Source: Candidatus Bathyarchaeia archaeon
GTDB taxonomy: Archaea; Thermoproteota; Bathyarchaeia; Bathyarchaeales; Bathycorpusculaceae
Direction: 5' to 3'
Assembly: GCA_038883715.1 (NCBI GenBank)
Contig: JAVZLS010000002.1
Span: 37,223 to 101,222, forward strand
Length of the DNA: 64,000 nucleotides
How positions within the stretch are numbered: position 1 is the stretch's first letter; the number at the start of each line of letters is the position of its first letter. The notes beneath the pieces are model-generated. The model did no database searches and was not told the origin of the DNA. It saw only the letters and a list, made by a program, of their open reading frames with translations. The position numbers were made by a program, and so were the translations under genes. Positions 1 to 8,262 of this stretch are shown piece after piece.

Positions 1-25
1 CAGCTTAGCACTACCATGGTGGGTT

Positions 26-559
26 ATGACTATGTCCATGTCAGCGGGCGAGATTATCCCCTATTCCATTTCAATGGACCTCTCAATTTATCCATATAAA
101 AGAACACTGTCCGCATCTGCGATGGGGATGTCCATGTCGCTAGATATCTCCATGGACGCTTGGTATGGTTGGACCGCCTTAGCTTTTATTATAGTAGGCG
201 GTGTACTAGGAATTTTGGGCAGTATAGTATCTGGTAAAAGAGCGATATTGGCTATTGGTGGAATAATCGCCCTACTTTCAATCATAATTTTTGCAGCAGG
301 ACTGCAGATAGAGCTTTCGCAAGGTATGTCAATACCACCACTAGGGACAGGCACACCACTTCAACTACCTACGTTAGGTCTATTCTCTAGTGGATCCTTT
401 AGTTTCATGGGAATGCCCATAAACTATTCGACTTATTTGTCATTTGGATTTTGGCTTGCTCTCATTGCAGCAATCATAATGTTAGCCGCTATTAAAAGAG
501 CTGAAAAAGTTGCGCCACCACCCCAAGTGCCAGCTCCGGCGCCGCCTCCGCCGCCATAA
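26..559 (+). CDS. Polytopic membrane protein with proline-rich C-terminus; possibly 5'-truncated by the window edge
   Basis: The frame stays open back to nt 2, with no in-frame stop upstream of the first ATG. Hydrophobic helices include AFIIVGGVLGILGSIV, ILAIGGIIALLSIIIFAAGL and FWLALIAAIIMLAAI. The protein ends APPPQVPAPAPPPPP-stop. No family recognised. Confidence 0.5.
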   Translation: MTMSMSAGEIIPYSISMDLSIYPYKRTLSASAMGMSMSLDISMDAWYGWTALAFIIVGGVLGILGSIVSGKRAILAIGGIIALLSIIIFAAGLQIELSQGMSIPPLGTGTPLQLPTLGLFSSGSFSFMGMPINYSTYLSFGFWLALIAAIIMLAAIKRAEKVAPPPQVPAPAPPPPP

Positions 560-619
560 CCAGACTACCATCCAACAACCATTTTTTAATTTCATATATG
601 GAAAGTGTTGAATGTTGAG

Positions 620-937
620 CTAGGCGTATTTTTTGCATGTGTAGCAGTACCATCTTTGATATTGCGGAATATACGTTAGCGGTCCTTTGCAGGTGGGACA
701 TGTTGGCTGCGTTTGTGCTTGTTCTGGTTTTAGGAGCACAAAATCTCCTACAGCTTGTACTTCATCCCATAAGATGTTTCTGCTTTCGCCCTTCTTGCCT
801 TCTACGTATAGGGATATGCCTGCTCTTCCAACAATGAATGAGACGTCTTTAACCGTTCCTACAATGCGTCCTTCAGCATCTATAACCTGCATCCCAAGAA
901 GCATATCCTTAGTAACAGCCTTTTCCTGTTTAGCCAT
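620..937 (-). CDS. PRC-barrel domain protein with C-terminal CxxC...CxxC zinc ribbon
   Basis: The PRC-barrel-like N-terminus reads LLGMQVIDAEGRIVGTVKDVSFIV...LYVE. The C-terminus CPTCKGPLTYIPQYQRWYCYTCKKY is a four-Cys ribbon. Confidence 0.7.
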   Translation of the reverse strand: MAKQEKAVTKDMLLGMQVIDAEGRIVGTVKDVSFIVGRAGISLYVEGKKGESRNILWDEVQAVGDFVLLKPEQAQTQPTCPTCKGPLTYIPQYQRWYCYTCKKYA

Positions 938-1104
938 ACCTTTCTCACCTCTCCAACTAATATTGAATTATTAATTCATAGAGTTGATTTAAATAAGTTT
1001 CCTTCACATGTTAAATTGCGCCAATAACTCCTTGTATAAACAATGAAGATCGTTGCAAAGTTTTTTAAAGAAAGACGGAATAAACCATAAGGCTGGTGTA
1101 GAAA

Positions 1105-2115
1105 ATGAGTGAAGAAAGAGTCACCACTTCCAGTTTAGTTAGTCAAGGAAGAAACATAGGCTACTATGCTGCTCTCTTATATGGCGCTGGATACATCTTG
1201 GCATTCATAGGCATTCTAACCCTAATCATAATCTTTATCATAGTGTTCCTTGGGGCGGCTGGTCCATTACTTCAGTATATGCCATCCGAGCTTATTGCTA
1301 GCTTAGTAATATACCTTATCGCCATGGTATTTGGAATAATTTTCGGCGCGTCCATTATCAGAAGTGCAAAGGCTGTTAGAACATCCGAGATAAATCTTAA
1401 TGCTGTGGCATCACCAGTTTCTAGGTTCTCAACGATGCTAATATTATATGGAATAGGCAATACTATTCTAGCATCTGCTCTTAAAGCATCGCTTGTGGGA
1501 CCAATCTGTGGAATCATTGGAGCGGTCTTGCTTCTAATGGGTTTCAGAACATATCAAAGTGGAGCTGCAAGCGAATCTAAACTTATGGGCGCGATTCTAA
1601 TGTTGGTGTCATTAATCCTCGTATATTTTATAGCAACGCCTCAGTCAATTCTTAACGCTTTATCTGGAGGCTACGGATACGCATACCCTTCCATAATACC
1701 AACCGGGTTCTTCCCAGTATCTTATCTCTTTTCAGAGCCAAGGCTTGAATTTATTGCTTTGCTATTAGCGGTTATAGGCGCACTAATGTTCGCCCTTCGA
1801 GTTTTCGGTGAGAAAATGCAGCATGCCATCGCTGGTGTAATTTTGTCTATTAGTGGATTACTTTTTTCCATAGGTGTTATGTACATAAACTTTACATCAG
1901 CTTCAAGTATAAGCAGTATACTTGGATACCTATCCTCTTACGCGCCATTGCTATCAGTATTGTGGATAACCGTCATTGGAATGATACTCCTAGGAATAGG
2001 CGGCATCATGGCATTAATAGCCTCAATAATACCACTAGTCTCAACCGCAACTCAGCTATCTGCACAAATACCGGCAGCAGCCCCTCCGCCCCCGCCTCCA
2101 CCGCCCCCAAGCTGA
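1105..2115 (+). CDS. Polytopic membrane protein ending in nine consecutive prolines
   Basis: The 336-aa ORF is hydrophobic throughout, with roughly 8-9 predicted helices. Its last codons are GCA GCA GCC followed by nine CCN codons, then AGC TGA. No family recognised. Confidence 0.6.
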   Translation: MSEERVTTSSLVSQGRNIGYYAALLYGAGYILAFIGILTLIIIFIIVFLGAAGPLLQYMPSELIASLVIYLIAMVFGIIFGASIIRSAKAVRTSEINLNAVASPVSRFSTMLILYGIGNTILASALKASLVGPICGIIGAVLLLMGFRTYQSGAASESKLMGAILMLVSLILVYFIATPQSILNALSGGYGYAYPSIIPTGFFPVSYLFSEPRLEFIALLLAVIGALMFALRVFGEKMQHAIAGVILSISGLLFSIGVMYINFTSASSISSILGYLSSYAPLLSVLWITVIGMILLGIGGIMALIASIIPLVSTATQLSAQIPAAAPPPPPPPPPS

Positions 2116-2138
2116 AGTCAAGCAAACGTTCTTTCCAC

Positions 2139-2150
2139 TTTTTTATTTTT
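2139..2150 (+). terminator. Oligo-T tract (TTTTTTATTTTT) downstream of the 1105..2115 gene
   Basis: The T-run lies about 24 nt after the TGA of the plus-strand gene. Archaeal termination typically uses oligo-T tracts. The tract overlaps the hypD stop on the other strand. Confidence 0.3.
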
Positions 2151-3231
2151 ATGCCATATGTTTTGCCCATATTTGGCATGTTCCCTCGATGCTCACCATG
2201 CATGCACCTCTTGGCTTCTGTGGGGTACAAGCTTTCATGAATAGTGGGCATTCAGTGGGCTTAATCTTACCAATCATCACCAAATGGCATTGGCAGCCCG
2301 GCAGCAGATCCGTTCCATTTTTAACTCCGACATTAAATCTTTCCCGTGCCTCATAATTTGCATATTCGCTTTTTAGTTTTAATGTGGAGTTGGGTAATTT
2401 TCCGAGACCACGCCAGTTTCCTCCCACAATTTCAAAAACCTCACTCATGATTTTCTGCGCTTTCACGTTTCCCTCGTATGTTACCGCACGGGCGTATTCG
2501 TTTTCTAGGCGCGGCTTTTCCTCGTCCAATTGTTTAATAACCATGTAAATGGCGAGTAGAACGTCTAATGGTTCAAATCCAGCCACCACTGTTGGCATAC
2601 GGTAGGCTTTTGGAAACATTTCATAAGCTTTCAAGCCAATGATAGTGCTTACGTGTCCAGGAGCGATGAAACCGTCTATGTGGAGGTCTCCTATTCCAAG
2701 GAGAAGCTCCATTGCCGGTGGAATCAAACGGTGGGAAACCAGAAAGCTTAGGTTTTCTGGCGGCTTTTTTAGGATTTCTATGGCTGTTGATGGGGCTGTT
2801 GTTTCAAAGCCTATGGCGAAGAAGGCGAACTCTTTATCCGGCTCTTTTTCGGCCATCCTAACGGCGTCTAATGGGCTGTAAACAACTCGGACATCGGCGC
2901 CTTCAGCTTTAGCATCCAACAACGATTTTTCAGAGCCCGGGACGCGGAGGGCATCCCCAAAGCATGTGACGACAACGCCTTTTAGGGCAAGCTGTACAGC
3001 CTCGTCTATTTCGGAGGCTGGTGTTACGCATACCGGGCATCCTGGTCCAGCTATAACCTCAACGTTTTGGGGTAGGAGGCTTCTCAGCCCAAAATGGGTT
3101 ATTGTCCACTCGTGAGTGCCGCATACATGGCATATCTTTACGATGTCACGTTTAGGGGCAATTTCATGGATTTTCTCGACTACAAGTTTCGCTAATTTTG
3201 GATCTCTAAGTTTTTTAAAATATTCGAACAT
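2149..3231 (-). CDS. hypD: [NiFe]-hydrogenase maturation protein HypD
   Basis: Full-length match to the HypD pattern: CHVCGTHE, GPGCPVCV, FETTAP and C-terminal PGCQCH...C motifs. Sits directly downstream of hypC. Confidence 0.95.
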   Translation of the reverse strand: MFEYFKKLRDPKLAKLVVEKIHEIAPKRDIVKICHVCGTHEWTITHFGLRSLLPQNVEVIAGPGCPVCVTPASEIDEAVQLALKGVVVTCFGDALRVPGSEKSLLDAKAEGADVRVVYSPLDAVRMAEKEPDKEFAFFAIGFETTAPSTAIEILKKPPENLSFLVSHRLIPPAMELLLGIGDLHIDGFIAPGHVSTIIGLKAYEMFPKAYRMPTVVAGFEPLDVLLAIYMVIKQLDEEKPRLENEYARAVTYEGNVKAQKIMSEVFEIVGGNWRGLGKLPNSTLKLKSEYANYEARERFNVGVKNGTDLLPGCQCHLVMIGKIKPTECPLFMKACTPQKPRGACMVSIEGTCQIWAKHMA

Positions 3232-3237
3232 TTCAGC

Positions 3238-3483
3238 TCATCGCAAATCATTTCGTTCCAGCTTTTCTTCAACTTCTAAAATTTCGCTCCACAAGCGTAA
3301 TGTTTCTTCGGCTTCTTCTTTGCTCAGCACTTGGATGGCATACCCAGCATGGACAAGCACGTAATCGTTAACTTTCACGTTTACGAGGCTTATGTCAACC
3401 TCTTTTATCAAGCCTCCTCCAAAATCAACTTTTGCAAAATTGCCTTGAACACTCACAACCTTTGCAGGGATAGCCAAACACAT
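3238..3483 (-). CDS. hypC: [NiFe]-hydrogenase maturation chaperone HypC
   Basis: HypC proteins begin MCL(A/G)IP with an essential Cys2. The internal ATG at 3483 gives MCLAIPAKVVSV..., so the 10-codon ORF-track extension to 3513 was dropped. Confidence 0.9.
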   Translation of the reverse strand: MCLAIPAKVVSVQGNFAKVDFGGGLIKEVDISLVNVKVNDYVLVHAGYAIQVLSKEEAEETLRLWSEILEVEEKLERNDLR

Positions 3484-3531
3484 TATTATCTGCGAAATAG
3501 CAAAAACAAACAAGGATAAATCGTTTATGGC

Positions 3532-5820
3532 TTAAGAAGACGCGAAACCAGCGGCGAAAGCTTGACCGAAGGATAAACCGCCGTCACTAGGTGGGACTGC
3601 CTCATGAACAAGGAATTTTAAGCCAGCGGCCTCAATGGTTTCCCGCATAATTTTTACAAAAATTTCGTTGCAGGCAACCCCGCCAGAAAAACCAACCGTT
3701 TTCACGCCATTTTCTAGGGCTTTTTCTATGGCTAGTTCCGCCAAGCCCTTGGCTAGGTAAGCGTGGGCTGAAAAAGCCAAATCCTGTATGGCGTGTCTTT
3801 CTCTGTTTTCAAATATCTCCAATAGCAGTTCGGTGGTGTTTAGGATGCCACCCCCAATTATCTGCCTCAGTTTTAGCGTGTCTTTTCCCTTCATGGCTGT
3901 TGATTCAAGTTTCATGGCCGGCTCGCCCTCATATGTTCGCTCAAAGCACACGCCCAAAACAGCTGCAACGGCATCCAAAATTCTCCCACAACTTGTCGTT
4001 TTAACTGTGCCGTGTTCCCTTTTCAACTGCTGAAGAATTATTTGAACCTCTTCTTTGCCGTGAGGAAAATGCCTTTCATTCCGCATGAGCCAGTCTTCCA
4101 CATCCACCTTTTTGTATAGAATCCCAGCAGCCATTCTAAGCGGGTAGCGGGTGGCTAAATCTGCGCCAAGCATGGGCTGTTTTTCAAGATGGGCTAACCG
4201 CTTGAATTCCATTGAATCTTTTAAGCCCAGTATTATTTCACCTCCCCATGCCTCACCGTCAACGCCATATCCATAGCCATCACAGCAGACGCCCACAATT
4301 TCGGATACGCCGTGCTCAGCCATTAAGGCTGCAACATGTGCATAGTGGTGTTGGATTTGGAAAAACTGCCAGCCGTTCTCCTCAGCCAAGTCTTGCGCAA
4401 GTTTTGTTGTTGTAAATTTTGGATGTAAATCGCATGCAATGACATCCACCTTACTGTTTGTTAAACGGATTAGATGTTTGGCAGCACTTTCCAAGAAATC
4501 CCGCGTTTCTATGTTTTCCACATCGCCGATATGCTGGGATATGAAGGCTTTGTTGCCGAGCAAAACACAGGCGGTATTGTTAAGCTCACCGCCCAAGGCT
4601 AATACGCATTTTTCGGATTTTTCCCTCAAAATCACAGGGGCTGGTGCATAACCCCTTGAACGCCTAATAAAAACCAGTTTTCCATTGTGCGCTCGCATAA
4701 CTGAGTCGTCGCATCTGTGGGCTATCCGCCTATTATGAAAAAGGAAGTAGTCAACAATGTCGCCTAGCGTTTTTAGGGCCTCATCATCGTCTTTAACTAT
4801 GGGCTGATTTGGCGGGTTGGCACTTGTCATAACAAAGGCTGGTTCGTCTACACTGTCAAACAGCATATAATGCAACCCTGTGTAGGGAAGCATGACGCCA
4901 ACATTATGCAAGCCGGGAGCAATCAAATCTGAAAGGTAGTATTTGCTGCTCTTTTTCAAAAGCACTATTGGACGCGTATATGAAGTTAAAAGCTCTGCTT
5001 CTTTTGGGCTTACTTCGGCAAAGGAACGCACAACTTCAAGGTTTGGCGCCATAATGGCGAAGGGCTTCTGCCTTCTATGCTTTGCCTTTCGAAGCCTTAT
5101 TAAGGGCTCATCCTTCGTTGTTGCAGCCGCCACATGAAAGCCGCCATACCCTTTGATGGCAACAATAAAGCCTTCAGCAAGCAGTTTGCCCGCCTCCCTT
5201 ATTGGGTCGTCGGTGGCGACTAGCTCGCCTCTGCTTGTAGTTAAGTAAACTTTTGGACCACACTTTGGGCAAGCCACAGTCTGCGCGTGGAAACGTCTAT
5301 TCAACGGGTCTTTGCACTCTTTTTGACAGAAGCCGCACATGGGAAAATCCCGCATGGTTGTGTTTCCTCTGTCATAGGGAAGCCGCTCAATAATCGTGTA
5401 TCTTGGACCACAGTCCGTACACGTTATAAAAAAATAGTCATATCTCGGATTGCTTCTCTCCCTCAATTCTTTTAGGCACTCATTACATATGGCTACGTCC
5501 GGCGGGATAACAGAGCCCGAAAGCTCGGATTCTTCAGAGCTTTTCTCGATTGTAAAGCTTGTATACTGGTTTTCACCTTCAAGTTTTAATGTTATAATTT
5601 CGTGAATATGTGCCAATGGCGGCTTCTTTTCCCTCAAATCCCTTAAGAAACTGTTTATGGCATTTTCTTCGCCTTCCAAAAGAATTTCAACGCCTGCATC
5701 ACCCATGTTTCTAACATAGCCTTTCAAGCCGTTTTTCACGGCTATGCGGTACACGAAGGGGCGGAATCCAACCCCTTGAATTATGCCGGTAACCCTAACT
5801 TTTACTCGCACATCGTCCAT
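3532..5820 (-). CDS. hypF: Carbamoyltransferase HypF
   Basis: 762 aa. Contains an N-terminal acylphosphatase domain (VRVTGIIQGVGFRPFVYR), two CxxC...CxxC zinc-finger pairs, a YrdC-like domain and a Kae1-like C-terminal domain. Confidence 0.95.
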   Translation of the reverse strand: MDDVRVKVRVTGIIQGVGFRPFVYRIAVKNGLKGYVRNMGDAGVEILLEGEENAINSFLRDLREKKPPLAHIHEIITLKLEGENQYTSFTIEKSSEESELSGSVIPPDVAICNECLKELRERSNPRYDYFFITCTDCGPRYTIIERLPYDRGNTTMRDFPMCGFCQKECKDPLNRRFHAQTVACPKCGPKVYLTTSRGELVATDDPIREAGKLLAEGFIVAIKGYGGFHVAAATTKDEPLIRLRKAKHRRQKPFAIMAPNLEVVRSFAEVSPKEAELLTSYTRPIVLLKKSSKYYLSDLIAPGLHNVGVMLPYTGLHYMLFDSVDEPAFVMTSANPPNQPIVKDDDEALKTLGDIVDYFLFHNRRIAHRCDDSVMRAHNGKLVFIRRSRGYAPAPVILREKSEKCVLALGGELNNTACVLLGNKAFISQHIGDVENIETRDFLESAAKHLIRLTNSKVDVIACDLHPKFTTTKLAQDLAEENGWQFFQIQHHYAHVAALMAEHGVSEIVGVCCDGYGYGVDGEAWGGEIILGLKDSMEFKRLAHLEKQPMLGADLATRYPLRMAAGILYKKVDVEDWLMRNERHFPHGKEEVQIILQQLKREHGTVKTTSCGRILDAVAAVLGVCFERTYEGEPAMKLESTAMKGKDTLKLRQIIGGGILNTTELLLEIFENRERHAIQDLAFSAHAYLAKGLAELAIEKALENGVKTVGFSGGVACNEIFVKIMRETIEAAGLKFLVHEAVPPSDGGLSFGQAFAAGFASS

Positions 5821-5861
5821 CTCTTGAAGTTTATTAACATTTAAGACGCTGGTTTAAAGTT

Positions 5862-6605
5862 TCACCCTTCAGACTCCTTCCACAAATAGTTGAAATAGTC
5901 TTTTGCCAGTGCCGCCAAGCCAGGATGGTCTGACCATATAGCGCTTATTTCGCCTCTTTCATCACTGAAGAGCAGCAGAACCTCGCTGCAGTCGGATATG
6001 GCGCCGCCGCCAAACATTTTTGTTCGGCATCGAACCTCGCCGATTTTTGAAAGCATCCTATATACATTTTCGTTTAGCCCCTTTAGCATCATGAAGCGAA
6101 CCTGCACCTTTTCTTCGATAAAAGAATGAAGCAACTGGTAAAAATCCATTAAAAACTCTTCCTTGACAAATGGCAAGGCTATGAGCATTTCCTGCCTACA
6201 CTTTTTTGCCATTTCCTTAAACTTTGAAAATATGTTCAGCGCGCCTCTCAGAATCCAAACGTCATATTTCTCCTTTGTTTTAAGCTTCTCGTAAATAGGG
6301 AGTAGCTCATCAGTTATTGTTTTCTCGATTTGCAACCACTCATTTTCAAAGGCTACCTTCGCCGCTTTCAGGGCTGTTTCAGGCGATTTTGGAAAATACC
6401 TACTCGGTCTTTTTCTTTCCGATTCTATCCAGCCCTTCCTTTCTAAGCTGTTTAGGACTTGGTAAACTTTGGAGTAGGGTATCTGCGCCCCGTAGCTTAT
6501 TTGTTTGGCTGTTAACGCGCCTTTCTCTAGAAGAAGCAAGTATGCGTCTGCCTCGTAGTCTGTTAATCCAACTTTTCTGAGTGGTGCCTTTGTTTTCTCG
6601 CTCAT
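5862..6605 (-). CDS. TrmB-family transcriptional regulator (winged HTH plus C-terminal domain)
   Basis: The N-terminus LRKVGLTDYEADAYLLLLEKGALTAKQISYGAQIPYSKVYQVLNSLERKGWI is the typical TrmB wHTH. Length is 247 aa. Confidence 0.8.
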   Translation of the reverse strand: MSEKTKAPLRKVGLTDYEADAYLLLLEKGALTAKQISYGAQIPYSKVYQVLNSLERKGWIESERKRPSRYFPKSPETALKAAKVAFENEWLQIEKTITDELLPIYEKLKTKEKYDVWILRGALNIFSKFKEMAKKCRQEMLIALPFVKEEFLMDFYQLLHSFIEEKVQVRFMMLKGLNENVYRMLSKIGEVRCRTKMFGGGAISDCSEVLLLFSDERGEISAIWSDHPGLAALAKDYFNYLWKESEG

Positions 6606-6630
6606 GGTTTAGAGTAATACTTTTCACCCT

Positions 6631-6656
6631 ATTAAAATTATGGAAATTTTAATATA
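6631..6656. promoter_or_regulatory. Candidate back-to-back TATA boxes in the divergent TrmB / radical SAM intergenic region
   Basis: TTTTAATATA (6647..6656) is centred about 33 nt upstream of the ATG at 6685. ATTAAAATTA (6631..6640, read on the minus strand) is centred about 30 nt upstream of the ATG at 6605. Confidence 0.35.
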
Positions 6657-6684
6657 ACCACAAGCCAAGACCATAAACCATAAC

Positions 6685-8235
6685 ATGGCGATGGAAATGT
6701 CAAAACTGCAACAGCGAGAAGAAGAGGTAAAGTTTGAATCTTATTCAACGAGCCTATGCCCAGAGTGTCTAAACAAGGTTCCCATGAGAATTTATGAGGA
6801 AAATGGCGTAATCTATCTTGAGAAGACCTGCCCCGAGCATGGAAAGTTTGAAGATGTCTACTGGGGAGACGCTGAACTTTTCAAGTGGATTTACAAGGAA
6901 TGGTATAACGCCAAATATCTTGGAAACGGTTTAGAAAACCCCCACACAAAAATTGTTAAGGGATGCCCCTACGACTGCGGCTTATGCACACAACACAAAT
7001 CCTACACGGTTCTGGGTATAATAGACGTCACAAACCGCTGCAACATGGCTTGTCCAGTCTGTTTCGCTTATGCCGGCGCGGTCAACTATGTTTATGAACC
7101 AACGTACCAGCAGATTGTGGACATGATTAAGCTGCTTAGAAACAACAAACCTTGGGCGTGTAATGCCCTCCAGTTCAGCGGAGGTGAACCAACCATAAGA
7201 AATGATTTACCACAGCTTATCGCGGAAGCTAAAAAGGCTGGGGTAGAGCATGTGGAGGTGAACACCAACGGCTTACGCCTCGCAGAGGACATAGATTACT
7301 TCAAAAAGCTTTTAGATGCTGGCATGAGCACACTTTACCTCCAGTTTGACGGTTTAAGGGAAGAAATCTACAAGAAAACAAGAGGAAGAACAGACCTCGT
7401 TCAAATCAAGCATAAGGTTTTGGAAAATGCCAGAAAAATAGGCTTAGACTCAATAGTTTTGGTCGTCACTCTTGCAAGAGGCGTAAACGACAAAGACCTC
7501 GGCAGCATAATACGCTATGCTGTTGAAAATCACGATGTTGTAAGATGCATTAACATTCAGCCAATTTCCATGGCTGGAAGAGCCCGCAAAGACGAAATGC
7601 GAAAAATGCGCATAACAGTGCCAGACACCATCAAACTGATAGAGGAACAGACAAACGGAATTATCACACGTTGGGATTGGCGCCCAGTCAACTGGCCCGT
7701 CCCAATCTCCAAAGGCATGGGTGTTGTGAAAAATAGAGTTTATCCAGAGTTTACTATGCATCCCATGTGTGGGGCAGCAACATTCATTGTCGTTGAAAAA
7801 GATGGCTCCTACAAGCCTATTACGCAGTATGTGGACGTTGACCGCTTCGCCGAAATTTTCTGGAACATTTATTATTCTGGCGTTAAGGGCAAAAAGACAA
7901 TGGCGAAAATGAAAATGTTGGAACTACTGCCCTTAGTGAAGTCGCCACTTGTCAGAGGCTTGCTTAAAGATGTTATAACTAAGGGAAGTTATGAAGCACT
8001 TGGAAGATTCATGCGTAAAATAATAATGATTGGAATAATGCACTTCATGGACGTCTGGAACTTTGACCTAGACCGTGTTCAAAGATGTGTCATACACTAT
8101 GCAACCCCTGACGGCAAGGTTAGACCCTTCTGCACATACAACAGCATACATAGGGATAGTGTGGAAAAACAGTTCGCCATCTCTGTCAGCGAGTGGACTG
8201 AAAAGTTTGGTAAGAAATTAAGCGAGCCAGTTTAG
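6685..8235 (+). CDS. Radical SAM enzyme with N-terminal rubredoxin-like ribbon, MJ0619/Tes (tetraether lipid synthase, GDGT-MAS)-like
   Basis: The N-terminus carries CPECL...CPEHGKF and a second cluster CPYDCGLCTQH, followed by the radical SAM motif NRCNMACPVCFA. The 516-aa length and layout match my recollection of the MJ0619/Tes family. Family assignment is from memory, not from a search. Confidence 0.7.
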   Translation: MAMEMSKLQQREEEVKFESYSTSLCPECLNKVPMRIYEENGVIYLEKTCPEHGKFEDVYWGDAELFKWIYKEWYNAKYLGNGLENPHTKIVKGCPYDCGLCTQHKSYTVLGIIDVTNRCNMACPVCFAYAGAVNYVYEPTYQQIVDMIKLLRNNKPWACNALQFSGGEPTIRNDLPQLIAEAKKAGVEHVEVNTNGLRLAEDIDYFKKLLDAGMSTLYLQFDGLREEIYKKTRGRTDLVQIKHKVLENARKIGLDSIVLVVTLARGVNDKDLGSIIRYAVENHDVVRCINIQPISMAGRARKDEMRKMRITVPDTIKLIEEQTNGIITRWDWRPVNWPVPISKGMGVVKNRVYPEFTMHPMCGAATFIVVEKDGSYKPITQYVDVDRFAEIFWNIYYSGVKGKKTMAKMKMLELLPLVKSPLVRGLLKDVITKGSYEALGRFMRKIIMIGIMHFMDVWNFDLDRVQRCVIHYATPDGKVRPFCTYNSIHRDSVEKQFAISVSEWTEKFGKKLSEPV

Positions 8236-8262
8236 ATAAACGCCAAAAAGAAAAAGGGAAGG

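Noticed and set aside
3484-3513. 10-codon extension upstream of HypC (MFVFAISQII)
   Set aside because: HypC function requires Cys at position 2 after Met removal. The internal ATG gives the canonical MCLAIP.
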